From a bacterium (GTDB taxonomy: Bacteria; SAR324; NAC60-12), in assembly GCA_965233585.1 (NCBI GenBank), contig CBDDTI010000295.1, forward strand, positions 192,418 to 256,417: DNA of 64,000 nt. Reading direction: 5' to 3'. How positions within the stretch are numbered: position 1 is the stretch's first letter; the number at the start of each line of letters is the position of its first letter. A model generated the notes under the pieces. That model saw only the letters and a list, made by a program, of their open reading frames with translations, searched no databases and was not told where the DNA came from. A program made the translations under genes and the position numbers. Below, one piece after another: positions 27,232 to 37,179 of this stretch.

Positions 27232-28838
27232 CTTTGCTTGTCTTAATAATTTTTTTGACAGTTGTCATCAGTTCCTTTGCTCAAACAACCAATCAGGAGT
27301 TGCTTGAGGAATTTCTTCAGTCTGAAAATAGAGAGATTGTTCAAGCAGTTTTTGCAAAATATCCAAATATTCAAATTCAGACAACAGAAGATGGTCAACT
27401 TTTAGTGAAAGTGACGCTTGAGCAAGCCCTCTGGATCGCCCAAAAATACAGCTCCAATATTGATTTAAGTGAACAAGCGTTGCGAATCCGGAGGTCTATT
27501 TGGATTGCCGAACAAAATTCACGCTATGGCACTCTTGAGTTTTCAACAGGCTTTGCCCATCAGCTCAGACAGGAAAGACCTGTCCCAGACAATGAGTTCA
27601 ATTTTAGTAAACGTCAAACCCAGTCAGGCGGGGCAAAATACACGAAAGAATTAGATAGTGGTCTTTCTTACAAACTAGATTACACATCGCAAAAAATTCG
27701 CCAACGTTCCATCACTGCTGAAGATTCAGAAGCAGACCCTGATTTAGGAGGTTATTCTGATTGGAAACATGGAGACTCCATTGATGCGTCTTTGACGATT
27801 CCTTTGTCCCAAGATTTGGGAGAAGTCAACCAAGTTCAAGAAAGGTTGTCAGCCATAGACGTTGAAAAAGCACAAATAGACTTGGAAGCATCAGAGCTAC
27901 AAGTTTTAAAAGTGATTGCAGATCAGTATTGGGATTTTTTGGGTATTTTGAAAAAAATAGAAGTTCAGGAATCAGCACTTAAATTGTCCGAAAAAATGCT
28001 TCAAGAAACTCAACAAAAGTTTAAACTTGGTCAGGTAGAAGAGCATGATGTTTTGAGTGCAGAATTGTCTGTTTTGTCTGATAAAGAGCAGTTGTTTGAT
28101 TTGGAAATTAAAAAGGAAAATGCGCAAATCACGATGCTTGCCGCATTGAGTCCCAATTTTAGTCAAGATTTGATTTTTCAGCCAGTTGACACACCAGCAG
28201 AGACATTGTCTCAATTTGACAAAACCAATGTGTTGGAAAAAGTGAAAAAACACGATCAGCAAATTCAGAAACTAGATCAATCAGTCGCTCAAGAACATTT
28301 AAAACTCACACAAATTCAAAACAAAGATAAATCCGATATTGACCTGACTTTAGGCACTAAATTTACGGGATTGCGTGAACTTCCTTTGGAAAGCCTTCAA
28401 GATGCAGGCAGAGATGAACTGTTTGACCCGTACGTAACATTGACATGGAAAATTCCTTTTTCAGGAGATTCCATCGCTGAAGATTACAATCAAAATCGTC
28501 TCACAGTGGCAAGGTTGACTTTGGAAAAAAGAAACCGCATGAAACAAATTGATGTTCAGGCAAAATCTATTCTTGCCTCCCTTCAGCTGCAAGAAAAACG
28601 TATTGAGTCAAATGAATATTCTTTAGACCTTGCTAAAAGACAACTGGACAAGCAAACTCAATTTTTTAGCATAGGCAAGGTGTCTTCTCTGACCTTAGAG
28701 CAAACTCGTCAACAGTATTTGCAAGCTCAAGAAACAAAAATTGACTCTAAAATATTATATGAAAAAACGAGACTGAACCTATTGGTTCTCACACGTGACC
28801 TTTATGATTTTTATTCTCTGACTCCTCTAACTCCATAA
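27222..28838 (+). CDS. TolC-family outer membrane efflux protein
   Basis: Signal peptide; two-repeat OEP pattern (TLEQAL, LTIPL, QYWD, KFKLG..., FFSIGK); first gene of the MFP-RND operon. Confidence 0.8.
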   Translation: MKNTLLVLIIFLTVVISSFAQTTNQELLEEFLQSENREIVQAVFAKYPNIQIQTTEDGQLLVKVTLEQALWIAQKYSSNIDLSEQALRIRRSIWIAEQNSRYGTLEFSTGFAHQLRQERPVPDNEFNFSKRQTQSGGAKYTKELDSGLSYKLDYTSQKIRQRSITAEDSEADPDLGGYSDWKHGDSIDASLTIPLSQDLGEVNQVQERLSAIDVEKAQIDLEASELQVLKVIADQYWDFLGILKKIEVQESALKLSEKMLQETQQKFKLGQVEEHDVLSAELSVLSDKEQLFDLEIKKENAQITMLAALSPNFSQDLIFQPVDTPAETLSQFDKTNVLEKVKKHDQQIQKLDQSVAQEHLKLTQIQNKDKSDIDLTLGTKFTGLRELPLESLQDAGRDELFDPYVTLTWKIPFSGDSIAEDYNQNRLTVARLTLEKRNRMKQIDVQAKSILASLQLQEKRIESNEYSLDLAKRQLDKQTQFFSIGKVSSLTLEQTRQQYLQAQETKIDSKILYEKTRLNLLVLTRDLYDFYSLTPLTP

Positions 28839-28865
28839 ATCACCATTTTATCTTTAAGGAACAAA

Positions 28866-30659
28866 ATGACATATAAACATTACCTCAAAATTTCTCTCAT
28901 CTGGTTCATTCCTGCTTTGACTTACGCTCAAACCAACATTGATGTTTTAGAGCTGATGCCACAAACGATTAGCATTGAAAAGGACTATATCGGAAACCTC
29001 AAATCGGAGGCAAATATTCATATCGGACTAGAAGCAGAAGGAGTTTTGGACAAAGTGCATGTTGAAAAAGGGAAACGTATTCAACAAGGAGATTTGGTTG
29101 CAGAACTCCGCAATGACAAGCACAAGGTCAGATTGAAGATTGCTAAAGACACATTGAGTTTGAGTCAAAAGACGTATGCGAGCGAAAAGAAAACTTCAAA
29201 AACTGAAATCAAGCAGTTGGAAATAGAACTTAAAAGAGAACAGCAAAAGTCTGCTTTTGCTGCGATTGATTTGAAGAACGAAAAAGAGCTTGCCAAAAAA
29301 CGATTAAGTATTTTGCAACTCCAACTTAAAGATGCTGAAGATAATTTAATTTTTACCCAAAATCAGTTGGAAAGAGACCGGGAGTCTTCTACCAAAGAAA
29401 TCAAACAGCTGGAAACAGAACTGGCTAGGGAGCAAGAAAGGTCTAGTTTTGCACGAGTAAACTTGGAGAATGAAAAGGAACTTGCCAAAAAACGATTAAG
29501 TATTTTGCAACTCCAACTCAAAGATGCTGAGGATAATTTGGCATTCAACCAATCAGAGTTTGGAAGGGATCAAGGTGCTTTCACCCAACAACTCTTAGCA
29601 GAATCAGCTTTTGAAAGATCACAATACAATTTGTCTGTGGCGCAAAATCAGTATGACCGAATCAAAGAACAAATTGCACAAGAACAAATTGCGACCCCCG
29701 CCAAAATAGACCAACTCCAACACAATCTTAAAGTCCAAGACGACCAAACACAACTTGCTGAACAGAGACTTTCACTCAAAAAAGTATCAGTACGGACAAC
29801 CCTTGAAAGGTCACAATACAATTTATCTGTAGCACAAAACCAGTATGATCAAATCAAAGAACGAATCGCACAAGAGCAAGTGTCAGCCCCTGCGAGGCAA
29901 GACCAACTTCAACACAATCTTAAAGTTCAAGAGAATCAAACACAGCTTGCACAGCAAAGGCTTCAACAAACCAAACTCAACAAATCTCTACGACTTACAG
30001 AACTTTTGAACCATGTGCAAAAAGCCAAAAATGATCTGACGCTGTCCCAAGAAGACTTAAATCAAACTTTGGCGTACGCTCCCTCTTCTGGCTTTGTGAA
30101 TGATGTTTTGTATGAGCAAGGAGAGTTTATAAACAAAGGGAGAACATTGATTCAACTCATCAAAACTGACCGAATGTTGATTGAGTTTTCTATTGCAGAA
30201 CAAGACATTCCTTGGCTCAAAGTTGGGCAGGAAGCCAAAATTTCAATCCCTGCTCTCAAAAAAGAATTTCCTGCAACACTCAATTTTATCAATCAAGAAT
30301 CCTCTGACAACCGAACTTTTCAGGCAGAGTTTTTGATTGAAAACCCCAAAGACTCTCTTCGTTCTGGAATGCTAGCACAGACGCATATTTTTTTGTTTGA
30401 GGAAAAAAATCAAATTGTGATTCCGCTGAATGCTGTCTTACAAGGATTTCAAGAACAGTCAGTCTTTATTGTCCAAGATGGAGTAGCACGCAAAAAAAAG
30501 GTGCAATTAGGCTATCAATTTGACAACTTTGTTCAAATCACATCGGGCTTAACCATTGATGATATTCTTGTGATACGAGGGCAAAGTTTTATTGCTGATG
30601 GTAAAGCGGTCTCTGTCAAAAAAGTAGAAAAACAAACGGCAAATCAAGTGTATCGTTAA
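28866..30659 (+). CDS. RND efflux periplasmic adaptor (MFP) with greatly elongated coiled-coil
   Basis: Lipoyl half-motifs GVLDKVHVEKGKRIQQGD and APSSGFV...GEFINKG; LRSGM; IVIPLNAV; internal 64-aa repeats. Confidence 0.88.
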   Translation: MTYKHYLKISLIWFIPALTYAQTNIDVLELMPQTISIEKDYIGNLKSEANIHIGLEAEGVLDKVHVEKGKRIQQGDLVAELRNDKHKVRLKIAKDTLSLSQKTYASEKKTSKTEIKQLEIELKREQQKSAFAAIDLKNEKELAKKRLSILQLQLKDAEDNLIFTQNQLERDRESSTKEIKQLETELAREQERSSFARVNLENEKELAKKRLSILQLQLKDAEDNLAFNQSEFGRDQGAFTQQLLAESAFERSQYNLSVAQNQYDRIKEQIAQEQIATPAKIDQLQHNLKVQDDQTQLAEQRLSLKKVSVRTTLERSQYNLSVAQNQYDQIKERIAQEQVSAPARQDQLQHNLKVQENQTQLAQQRLQQTKLNKSLRLTELLNHVQKAKNDLTLSQEDLNQTLAYAPSSGFVNDVLYEQGEFINKGRTLIQLIKTDRMLIEFSIAEQDIPWLKVGQEAKISIPALKKEFPATLNFINQESSDNRTFQAEFLIENPKDSLRSGMLAQTHIFLFEEKNQIVIPLNAVLQGFQEQSVFIVQDGVARKKKVQLGYQFDNFVQITSGLTIDDILVIRGQSFIADGKAVSVKKVEKQTANQVYR

Positions 30660-30712
30660 ACCAAGCTGTGGCTTGTCCAAATACATCAAATATTTTTACC
30701 AAATAATCAAAA

Positions 30713-33700
30713 ATGAAACTTTCCCACATTCCTATCCATTTTAGAACACCTGTTTACCTGATTCTGTTTTTAATTATCATCTTGGGAACGTTAGCCTATA
30801 AACAAATTCCAAGAGAAAGTCAGCCAGATATTCAAATCCCTATTCTGATTGTGACTGTTCCTTACCCAGGTGCCTCCCCTGCAGACACAGAATCTTTAAT
30901 TACGCGTAAGTTAGAAAAGGAATTTAAGGGTATTGAAAACCTTGACAAAATTACCTCCACTTCCGCAGAAAGTGTCTCTGTCATCGTACTGAATTTTGAT
31001 GCAGGTTTTGACACCAAACAGGCGAGAACTTCTGTCAGAGAAGCGATAGATTCTGTGAGACCTGACCTACCAGACGAATCAGAAACAGCAACCATCCAAG
31101 AAATCAACCTTTCTGAAACTCCCATTCTCTACGTCAACCTGTCTTCCAAAATTGGGCTAAATCGTCTAAGAATTGCTGCCGATGATTTGAAAGATGAGAT
31201 TGAAGATTTAGGAGGAGTTTTAGAAGTCAGAAGAATAGGAGGATTGACGAGGGAGATTCAAATCTTGCTAGACCCTGCAAAAATACTCCACCACAAACTA
31301 GACACCAATCAAATTGCCAACGCCATCAATGGAGAAAATAAGGACTTACCGGGCGGGTCAATTGATTTGGGAGGGAGCAAATACCAGTTGAGAATACCGG
31401 GTAAATTTACGAACCCCAAAGATATTGAGAATGCTTTAATTACCACCCGTGAAGGTGTGCCTATTCTGATTAAAGATGTGGGACAAGTGGTTGATGGCTT
31501 TGAAGACTTGTCTTCTCGCTCACGTCTCAACAAAACAGAAACGGTGTCTTTGAGTGTTTCTAAAAGAAGTGGTGAAAATATTTTTCTCATCAGGGACAAA
31601 GTGCTAGAGCTGATTAAAGAAGAAGAAGCCAAGTATCAGGGACAAATTCAATATGCTATCACGAACGACCAAACTGTCTTTATTGAATCTATGGTGTCTG
31701 ATTTGGAAAATAATATCTTCACAGGCTTTTTGATGGTGTTTGTGGTGCTACTGGTGTTCATGGGATTTCGTAGTGCCTCCTTTGCCGCTTTTGCGATTCC
31801 TTCTTCCTTTTTGCTCTCCATTTTTATTTTGAATGCTGCAGGTATGACGTTGAATATGATGGTTTTGTTCAGTCTGATTCTTGCTTTGGGAATGCTGGTC
31901 GACAACGCAGTCGTGGTGATTGACAATATTTACCGCCATTTGCAGATGGGGAAAACACGTATAGAAGCGTCAAAAGATGGAATCAGCGAGGTTGTCATTC
32001 CTGTCTTCACTTCTAGCATGACAACGATTGCCGCATTTTCTCCACTGCTATTTATGCCAGACATCATCGGGGAATTTATGAGCTTTATCCCGAGAACGGT
32101 GATCATTGCTTTATCTTCATCATTGTTTGTGGGGGTCATTGTCATTCCTGCTATCTGTTCTTTGTTGATGAGGGCAAAAATAGAAAGTTCTCAAAAATTG
32201 GACTCCCATCAAGCAGTCGTTACACAAGGTGTGATTTTTGACGTTTACCGTAAAGTTTTGGGCGGAGCCTTGAGGTTTAAATGGTCGGTCATGGTTGGTG
32301 CTTTTGCGGTTTTGATTCTAACCATCGGGGGATATATTGCGAGCCGTCCGGGGATAGAATTTATGCCTGCAGGTGAACCGGGGCATGTCACCATCAATTT
32401 AACTGCTGAAATCGGTTCTAGTTTGGAAACCACCGACCAATACATTGCAGACATTGAGGAAAATGTTGACAAAAATAGAGCAAATGTTGAGTCTTTTCTA
32501 GCCAATGTGGGGCTAAGTCCTTCTATGAGAGTCGCAGGGGCTTCGTCTCATTTGGGTTACATGGTGATAGAGTTCCCTACATGGCAAGAGTGGAAGAAAA
32601 AACCATCAGAAGTCATTGAAGAGATTCGTGAACAATTAGCCGATTTTTCAGGAGTTCAGTTGACGTTGGACAAAGAAGAAAATGGACCACCCAAAGAAAA
32701 ACCTGTCAATATTGAAATCTCAGGACCCAATTTGAATGTTTTAAGTCAAATTGCTAGAGACATTGAAGACAGGATTTTTGACCTCAAAGGGATTGTTGAT
32801 TTGACTGATGATTTTGACGATAGTCGTTCAGAAATTCATGTGGTGGTTGACAGACAAAAAGCCGCGAAGCTCGGCTTGCGTCCCAGAGATATTGGGCAGA
32901 TTGTTCGCATTGGGTTCAATGGTAGAAAAATTGCCACCTTCCAAGAAGGCAAAGACGATTATGACGTCATGTTAAAGCTCAACCAAGATGCAAGACAGAG
33001 CGTGGAGAGTATGGAATCTTTATACATTGTTGCACCTAGTCAGCAGTTGATTCCTATCAAAGAGGTTGCATCGGTTCAAGTCACACAAGGTTATAGTTCC
33101 ATTCGGCATGTGAACGCAGAACGGGTCGTGACAGTTTCTGCAGAAGCAGAAAGAATCCCAGGACCTGTCTTGCTCGGTCAAGTCAAAGAACGTTTGCAAG
33201 ATTTGGAACTGCCCGCAGGCTATCATGTGAAATACACAGGAGAAGATGAGCAACGCAAGGAGTCTCAAGGTTTTCTTGTCCAAAGTTTTTTTGTCGCCTT
33301 GTTTCTGATTTTTATCATCTTGACTGCCCAATTTAACTCATTCAAAATTCCATTGATTATTTTAGTGTCAGTTCTTCTTTCTTTGATTGGAGTCATCACA
33401 GGCTATGTCATCCATGACAAACCCTTTAGCATTCTGCTTGGGGGAATTGGTACAGTCTCTCTGGCTGGGATTGTTGTCAATAATGCCATTGTTTTGCTGG
33501 ACTTCATTCAGCAATTAAGGAAACAAGGATATGAACTAAAAGACGCCATCATTTCAGCAGGTGCAGCAAGATTGCGTCCTGTCTTGTTGACCACCATTAC
33601 AACTATTTTTGGATTGTTGCCAATCCTACTTGGAATTGAAGTGAATTTTTACCGATGGCCTGATGTCGTGTTGTTTGGTTCCGAAAGCGCTGTCTTTTGG

Positions 33701-33829
33701 AAGCCTTTTGCAATCTCTATTGCTTACGGATTGGCAGTTTCTACCATTCTCACTCTTATTGTTGTCCCCACTTTGTATTACATTCTCAATACACCCCTTT
33801 GGCAAAGGAAGGCTAAAGTAGCTGCCTGA
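30713..33829 (+). CDS. RND efflux permease (AcrB/AcrD/AcrF family)
   Basis: YPGASP, LGMLVDNAVVVIDN, GIVVNNAIVLLD, RLRPVLLTT; 1038 aa. Confidence 0.95.
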   Translation: MKLSHIPIHFRTPVYLILFLIIILGTLAYKQIPRESQPDIQIPILIVTVPYPGASPADTESLITRKLEKEFKGIENLDKITSTSAESVSVIVLNFDAGFDTKQARTSVREAIDSVRPDLPDESETATIQEINLSETPILYVNLSSKIGLNRLRIAADDLKDEIEDLGGVLEVRRIGGLTREIQILLDPAKILHHKLDTNQIANAINGENKDLPGGSIDLGGSKYQLRIPGKFTNPKDIENALITTREGVPILIKDVGQVVDGFEDLSSRSRLNKTETVSLSVSKRSGENIFLIRDKVLELIKEEEAKYQGQIQYAITNDQTVFIESMVSDLENNIFTGFLMVFVVLLVFMGFRSASFAAFAIPSSFLLSIFILNAAGMTLNMMVLFSLILALGMLVDNAVVVIDNIYRHLQMGKTRIEASKDGISEVVIPVFTSSMTTIAAFSPLLFMPDIIGEFMSFIPRTVIIALSSSLFVGVIVIPAICSLLMRAKIESSQKLDSHQAVVTQGVIFDVYRKVLGGALRFKWSVMVGAFAVLILTIGGYIASRPGIEFMPAGEPGHVTINLTAEIGSSLETTDQYIADIEENVDKNRANVESFLANVGLSPSMRVAGASSHLGYMVIEFPTWQEWKKKPSEVIEEIREQLADFSGVQLTLDKEENGPPKEKPVNIEISGPNLNVLSQIARDIEDRIFDLKGIVDLTDDFDDSRSEIHVVVDRQKAAKLGLRPRDIGQIVRIGFNGRKIATFQEGKDDYDVMLKLNQDARQSVESMESLYIVAPSQQLIPIKEVASVQVTQGYSSIRHVNAERVVTVSAEAERIPGPVLLGQVKERLQDLELPAGYHVKYTGEDEQRKESQGFLVQSFFVALFLIFIILTAQFNSFKIPLIILVSVLLSLIGVITGYVIHDKPFSILLGGIGTVSLAGIVVNNAIVLLDFIQQLRKQGYELKDAIISAGAARLRPVLLTTITTIFGLLPILLGIEVNFYRWPDVVLFGSESAVFWKPFAISIAYGLAVSTILTLIVVPTLYYILNTPLWQRKAKVAA

Positions 33830-33947
33830 TTCATAACATGGATTGAGACACATCAACTCTGTATCAAATTTTCATTGACGTTTCCTGTGAGTCTTGGGTA
33901 GAATAAACTCCTTTTATTGTCTAAGCCCAAGATACAGGAGAAAAGAG

Positions 33948-35807
33948 ATGTTTGGAGAAGCAAAGAAATCGTGGAAGTTATGGAAACTTTTGTTTGTATT
34001 GGTGGTGTTTGTGTTTGTGGCTTGCCGACCGCCAGCAGAAGAAAACAACGAAGAAGAGACACAGAGTTCAGAAAAGCCTCAATGTAATCTGAGTGATACA
34101 GAGACGTTGCAAAAAGATGTTGCACAAGAGGCAAAGATCAGTTGCACAAATATTGGCTCCCTTTATCAAGGCAAGAAGTTAAAAGTTCAATATGACAAAG
34201 ACTTGGTTTCTGTCAAAGTTTACAAGGAAGATGGCAAGGTAGATACTGAGCCAGAGACGGGGTCTTTGATTTTGATTTTAGACAAGAAGGCAGATTTTGA
34301 GAAGAAAGTACAAGTCAAGGGTTTAAAACTGGGGTCAAGCAAGGTGACAGGTAAAGTATTGAGTGCCAGATTTAATGCAGACCTCAAGGTTGTTCCTGCC
34401 AGTTTAAGCTCGCCGTCATCGCCATCTGGCTCTCCTTCGTCTCCGAGTTCTCCGTCTGATTCGCCATCTGGTTCTGCACCTAGCAGTCCATCTCAACCGA
34501 CAGCAGTGAAAGCCTCTGCGACAACAATCACGGTGTCTTGGAGTGCAGCAACTGGGGCAACAAGTTATGAAGTGTATAGCGACACCAACAGCGGTGGTTC
34601 GTTTAGCTCCAAAGTAGGAACGGTCAATTCAGGCACAACTCACACAGATACAGCAACCAGAGGTGCAACTTATTACTACAAAGTGAAGGCATGCAATGCG
34701 GCAGGTTGTTCATCTCTTTCTGTTGCCTCTGCTGGTGTGAATTTACCGGGGGCAGTGTCCAAGCCCAATGCACCTAGCAAGCCGACAGTAGCGAAAGCCT
34801 CTGCAGCGACAATCACGGTATCTTGGAGTGCAGCAACTGGGGCAACAACTTATGAAGTGTATCGTGACACAAGTAGCGGTGGTTCATTTAGCTCCAAAGT
34901 AGGAACGGTCAATTCAGGCACGACTTACACAGACACGGTGTCTCAAGGGTCAACTTATTACTACAAAGTGAAGGCTTGTAATGTTGCGGGCTGTTCTGCA
35001 AAATCTAGTGCTTCAGCAGGAATGAATTTGATTGCAGCACCAGCTAAGCCAGCACATCCATCAGTAACTAAAGCAAGCTCTAGTAGTATTCAAGTTTCAT
35101 GGATTGCTGTGAGCGGAGCAACAAGCTACAAACTTTATCGTAGTGTTTCATCAGGTGGAGTTTATTCACAATTAGGCGGGTCTATCACAGGCACAAGCAA
35201 AACTGATACAGGCTTGTCTGCTGGTACTTACTACTATAAATTAGTGGCATGTAATTCAGCGGGTTGTTCTAATAAATCTGATGCTTCAACAGCAATGAAT
35301 TTGATTGCGGTACCTACTGGTCTTAGTTTTACTTATGTGATTGGTTATAAAATTCAGTTAGATTGGATTGCTGTTAGCGGAGCAACAAGCTACAAACTTT
35401 ATCGTGAAGTATATGGAGTCTCAACACAAATCGGTGGAGATGTGACATCAACATCACATACAGATACAGTGAATCAGCCTGCGGAATACAAGTATAGTAT
35501 CAAGGCTTGTGATTCAGTAGGATGTTCTTCAATTTCCAATCAGATTAGTATTAGAACATTTAATAAGCCAGCACTTTTGACTGGTGTGTCTTTTCAGTCG
35601 GGTATCAAATTGACTTGGGGTGCTGTTTCAAATGCTAGTGTTTATTTAGTTACTTTAGACAATGGTTCTACAAGAATAACTAATAACACAAGTTTTATGG
35701 ACACATCAGCTAAAGCAGGAAACAATCAATATTATGTTCAAGCATGTAATGCAGCAAAAACTAGTTGTTCCTACTCTGCCTCAATAAATGTAACAAGAAC
35801 AAAATAG
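33948..35807 (+). CDS. Surface lipoprotein with Ser/Pro linker and about 5 fibronectin type III-like repeats
   Basis: RBS AGGAG before ATG 33948; lipobox FVAC; SPSSPS linker; repeats VSW.A..GATSY.VY...YYYKVKACN.AGCS. Confidence 0.82.
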   Translation: MFGEAKKSWKLWKLLFVLVVFVFVACRPPAEENNEEETQSSEKPQCNLSDTETLQKDVAQEAKISCTNIGSLYQGKKLKVQYDKDLVSVKVYKEDGKVDTEPETGSLILILDKKADFEKKVQVKGLKLGSSKVTGKVLSARFNADLKVVPASLSSPSSPSGSPSSPSSPSDSPSGSAPSSPSQPTAVKASATTITVSWSAATGATSYEVYSDTNSGGSFSSKVGTVNSGTTHTDTATRGATYYYKVKACNAAGCSSLSVASAGVNLPGAVSKPNAPSKPTVAKASAATITVSWSAATGATTYEVYRDTSSGGSFSSKVGTVNSGTTYTDTVSQGSTYYYKVKACNVAGCSAKSSASAGMNLIAAPAKPAHPSVTKASSSSIQVSWIAVSGATSYKLYRSVSSGGVYSQLGGSITGTSKTDTGLSAGTYYYKLVACNSAGCSNKSDASTAMNLIAVPTGLSFTYVIGYKIQLDWIAVSGATSYKLYREVYGVSTQIGGDVTSTSHTDTVNQPAEYKYSIKACDSVGCSSISNQISIRTFNKPALLTGVSFQSGIKLTWGAVSNASVYLVTLDNGSTRITNNTSFMDTSAKAGNNQYYVQACNAAKTSCSYSASINVTRTK

Positions 35808-35907
35808 AGAAACCAGTAGCACCGTGACAGGTTCTGATACAAAGGTTTCAACAGAGACCACACCCAACGTCGTAGACAGAGCCAGATTAAATAGAAATAC
35901 AATATAC

Positions 35908-36668
35908 GGCATTGTTAAGTAATAAGTGATAGCTGATTATTCCGTTTTGCCATGAACAAAAGAACAGAATATTGTAATGCTTTAAGAGACTTGCTGTAAC
36001 ATTTGGTTTTCCTTCTCATTCTTGCCAAGAAATGTCTCAAGAGAGAATTATACCCTTCTATCGTGTATGTTTCTGCCTTGGAACATGTATGAATTTCTTT
36101 GGGAATGACTTGTTTGTAAGCCTTCCAGTGATCAGTCATCACCTGAAGAGGTTTTGTTTCCTTGACCTTGTCCCATAAATGCCTACAGGCTTTTGAGTCT
36201 CTGTTTCCAAGCACACAATTGATAAATTGCTTCCCACATCTATCAACAGCAATCCAGAGCCAGCAGTAGTTTTTTTTGACTGGATGTAGGTGTGCATTTC
36301 ATCAATTTCCATAATTTCAATGTCTGTGTCCTTATCTTAATGCCTTGAGCTGTTCGCCAAAACTACAGACCCAATTATAAACTGAAACATGAGAACAATT
36401 CAGCAAACGACCGATTGACCTGAAACCAAGACCCTCCAAATACAACTCTAATGCTCTTCTTTTGATCTGTGGTGAGATTTGGCCACGATAGGACTTGGTA
36501 TATTGATAGTTGCAGGCATTGCAACGCCTCCTCGGTTTACCATATAAAAAACCATTCTTAACCGTCTTCTCACTTTCACATCTAGGACACGACTTCATTG
36601 CTACACCATGACTATCAATTCAATTAAATGAACTTAATATCGCATATCACTTATAGTTTAACAATACC
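35908..36668 (-). mobile_element. IS1-family insertion sequence, copy 1 (761 bp, inactivated)
   Basis: Terminal inverted repeats GGTATTGTTAAACTATAAGTGATA / GGCATTGTTAAGTAATAAGTGATA (20/24 match); near-identical to copy 2. Confidence 0.93.
35915..36598 (-). pseudogene. IS1 transposase insAB with premature stop
   Basis: One extra base at about 36334 versus copy 2 creates TAA after LKALR, upstream of the frameshift site. Confidence 0.85.
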
Positions 36669-36767
36669 AAAATATAAAAACATCTAGTTTAGCAGGTCTT
36701 TTGAGAAAAGAAGAGGAGGGAGCAAAGCCGAGAGAAAATAAAAGAAGAATGAAACAAAAAACAAGGA

Positions 36768-37150
36768 AGATTGCGGGTCAAGCCCGCAATGACGGTTTTT
36801 AAAGTGAGCAATGAGGGAAGACACGCTTGCAACCTCTCAGTCATTCCGTGCTTGAAACGGAATCTCAAAAAAAGGAATCGTTGGGAAAGACAAGAGAGAT
36901 TACGGGTCAGGTCCCCAATGACAAAAAGCCACACCTGCAAACTCTCTCCTTCATTCTAAACTTGATGCGGAATCTCAAACGTCCTCTGTCATTCCGCACT
37001 TGATGCGGAATCTATCACCAAACCAAGCACAGATTTCTAACGTGACTGGATTCCTGTTTTCGCAGGAATGACTGTCGTATAGAGATTGCGGGTCAGGTCC
37101 CCAATGACCAAGACACGCCCGCAATGAAGGTTTTCAAGGTGAGCAATGAC
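36768..37150. repeat. Cluster of about 7 palindromic REP/RPE-like units (GTCATT-stem-AATC(T/C))
   Basis: Units at 36768, 36840, 36897, 36950, 36988, 37048 and 37083 in both orientations, e.g. GTCATTCCGCACTTGATGCGGAATCT and AGATTGCGGGTCAAGCCCGCAATGAC. Confidence 0.85.
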
Positions 37151-37179
37151 CAAAACACAAACCCGCCCTTACACAAAAC

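Noticed and set aside
36689..36959. ORFs 36689..36940 and 36771..36959
   Set aside because: They are translations of the palindromic repeats (VIAGLTRNL etc.), with no evidence of being real genes.
36768..37150. CRISPR array
   Set aside because: Units differ in sequence and orientation, spacers range from 10 to 46 bp, and there are no cas genes.
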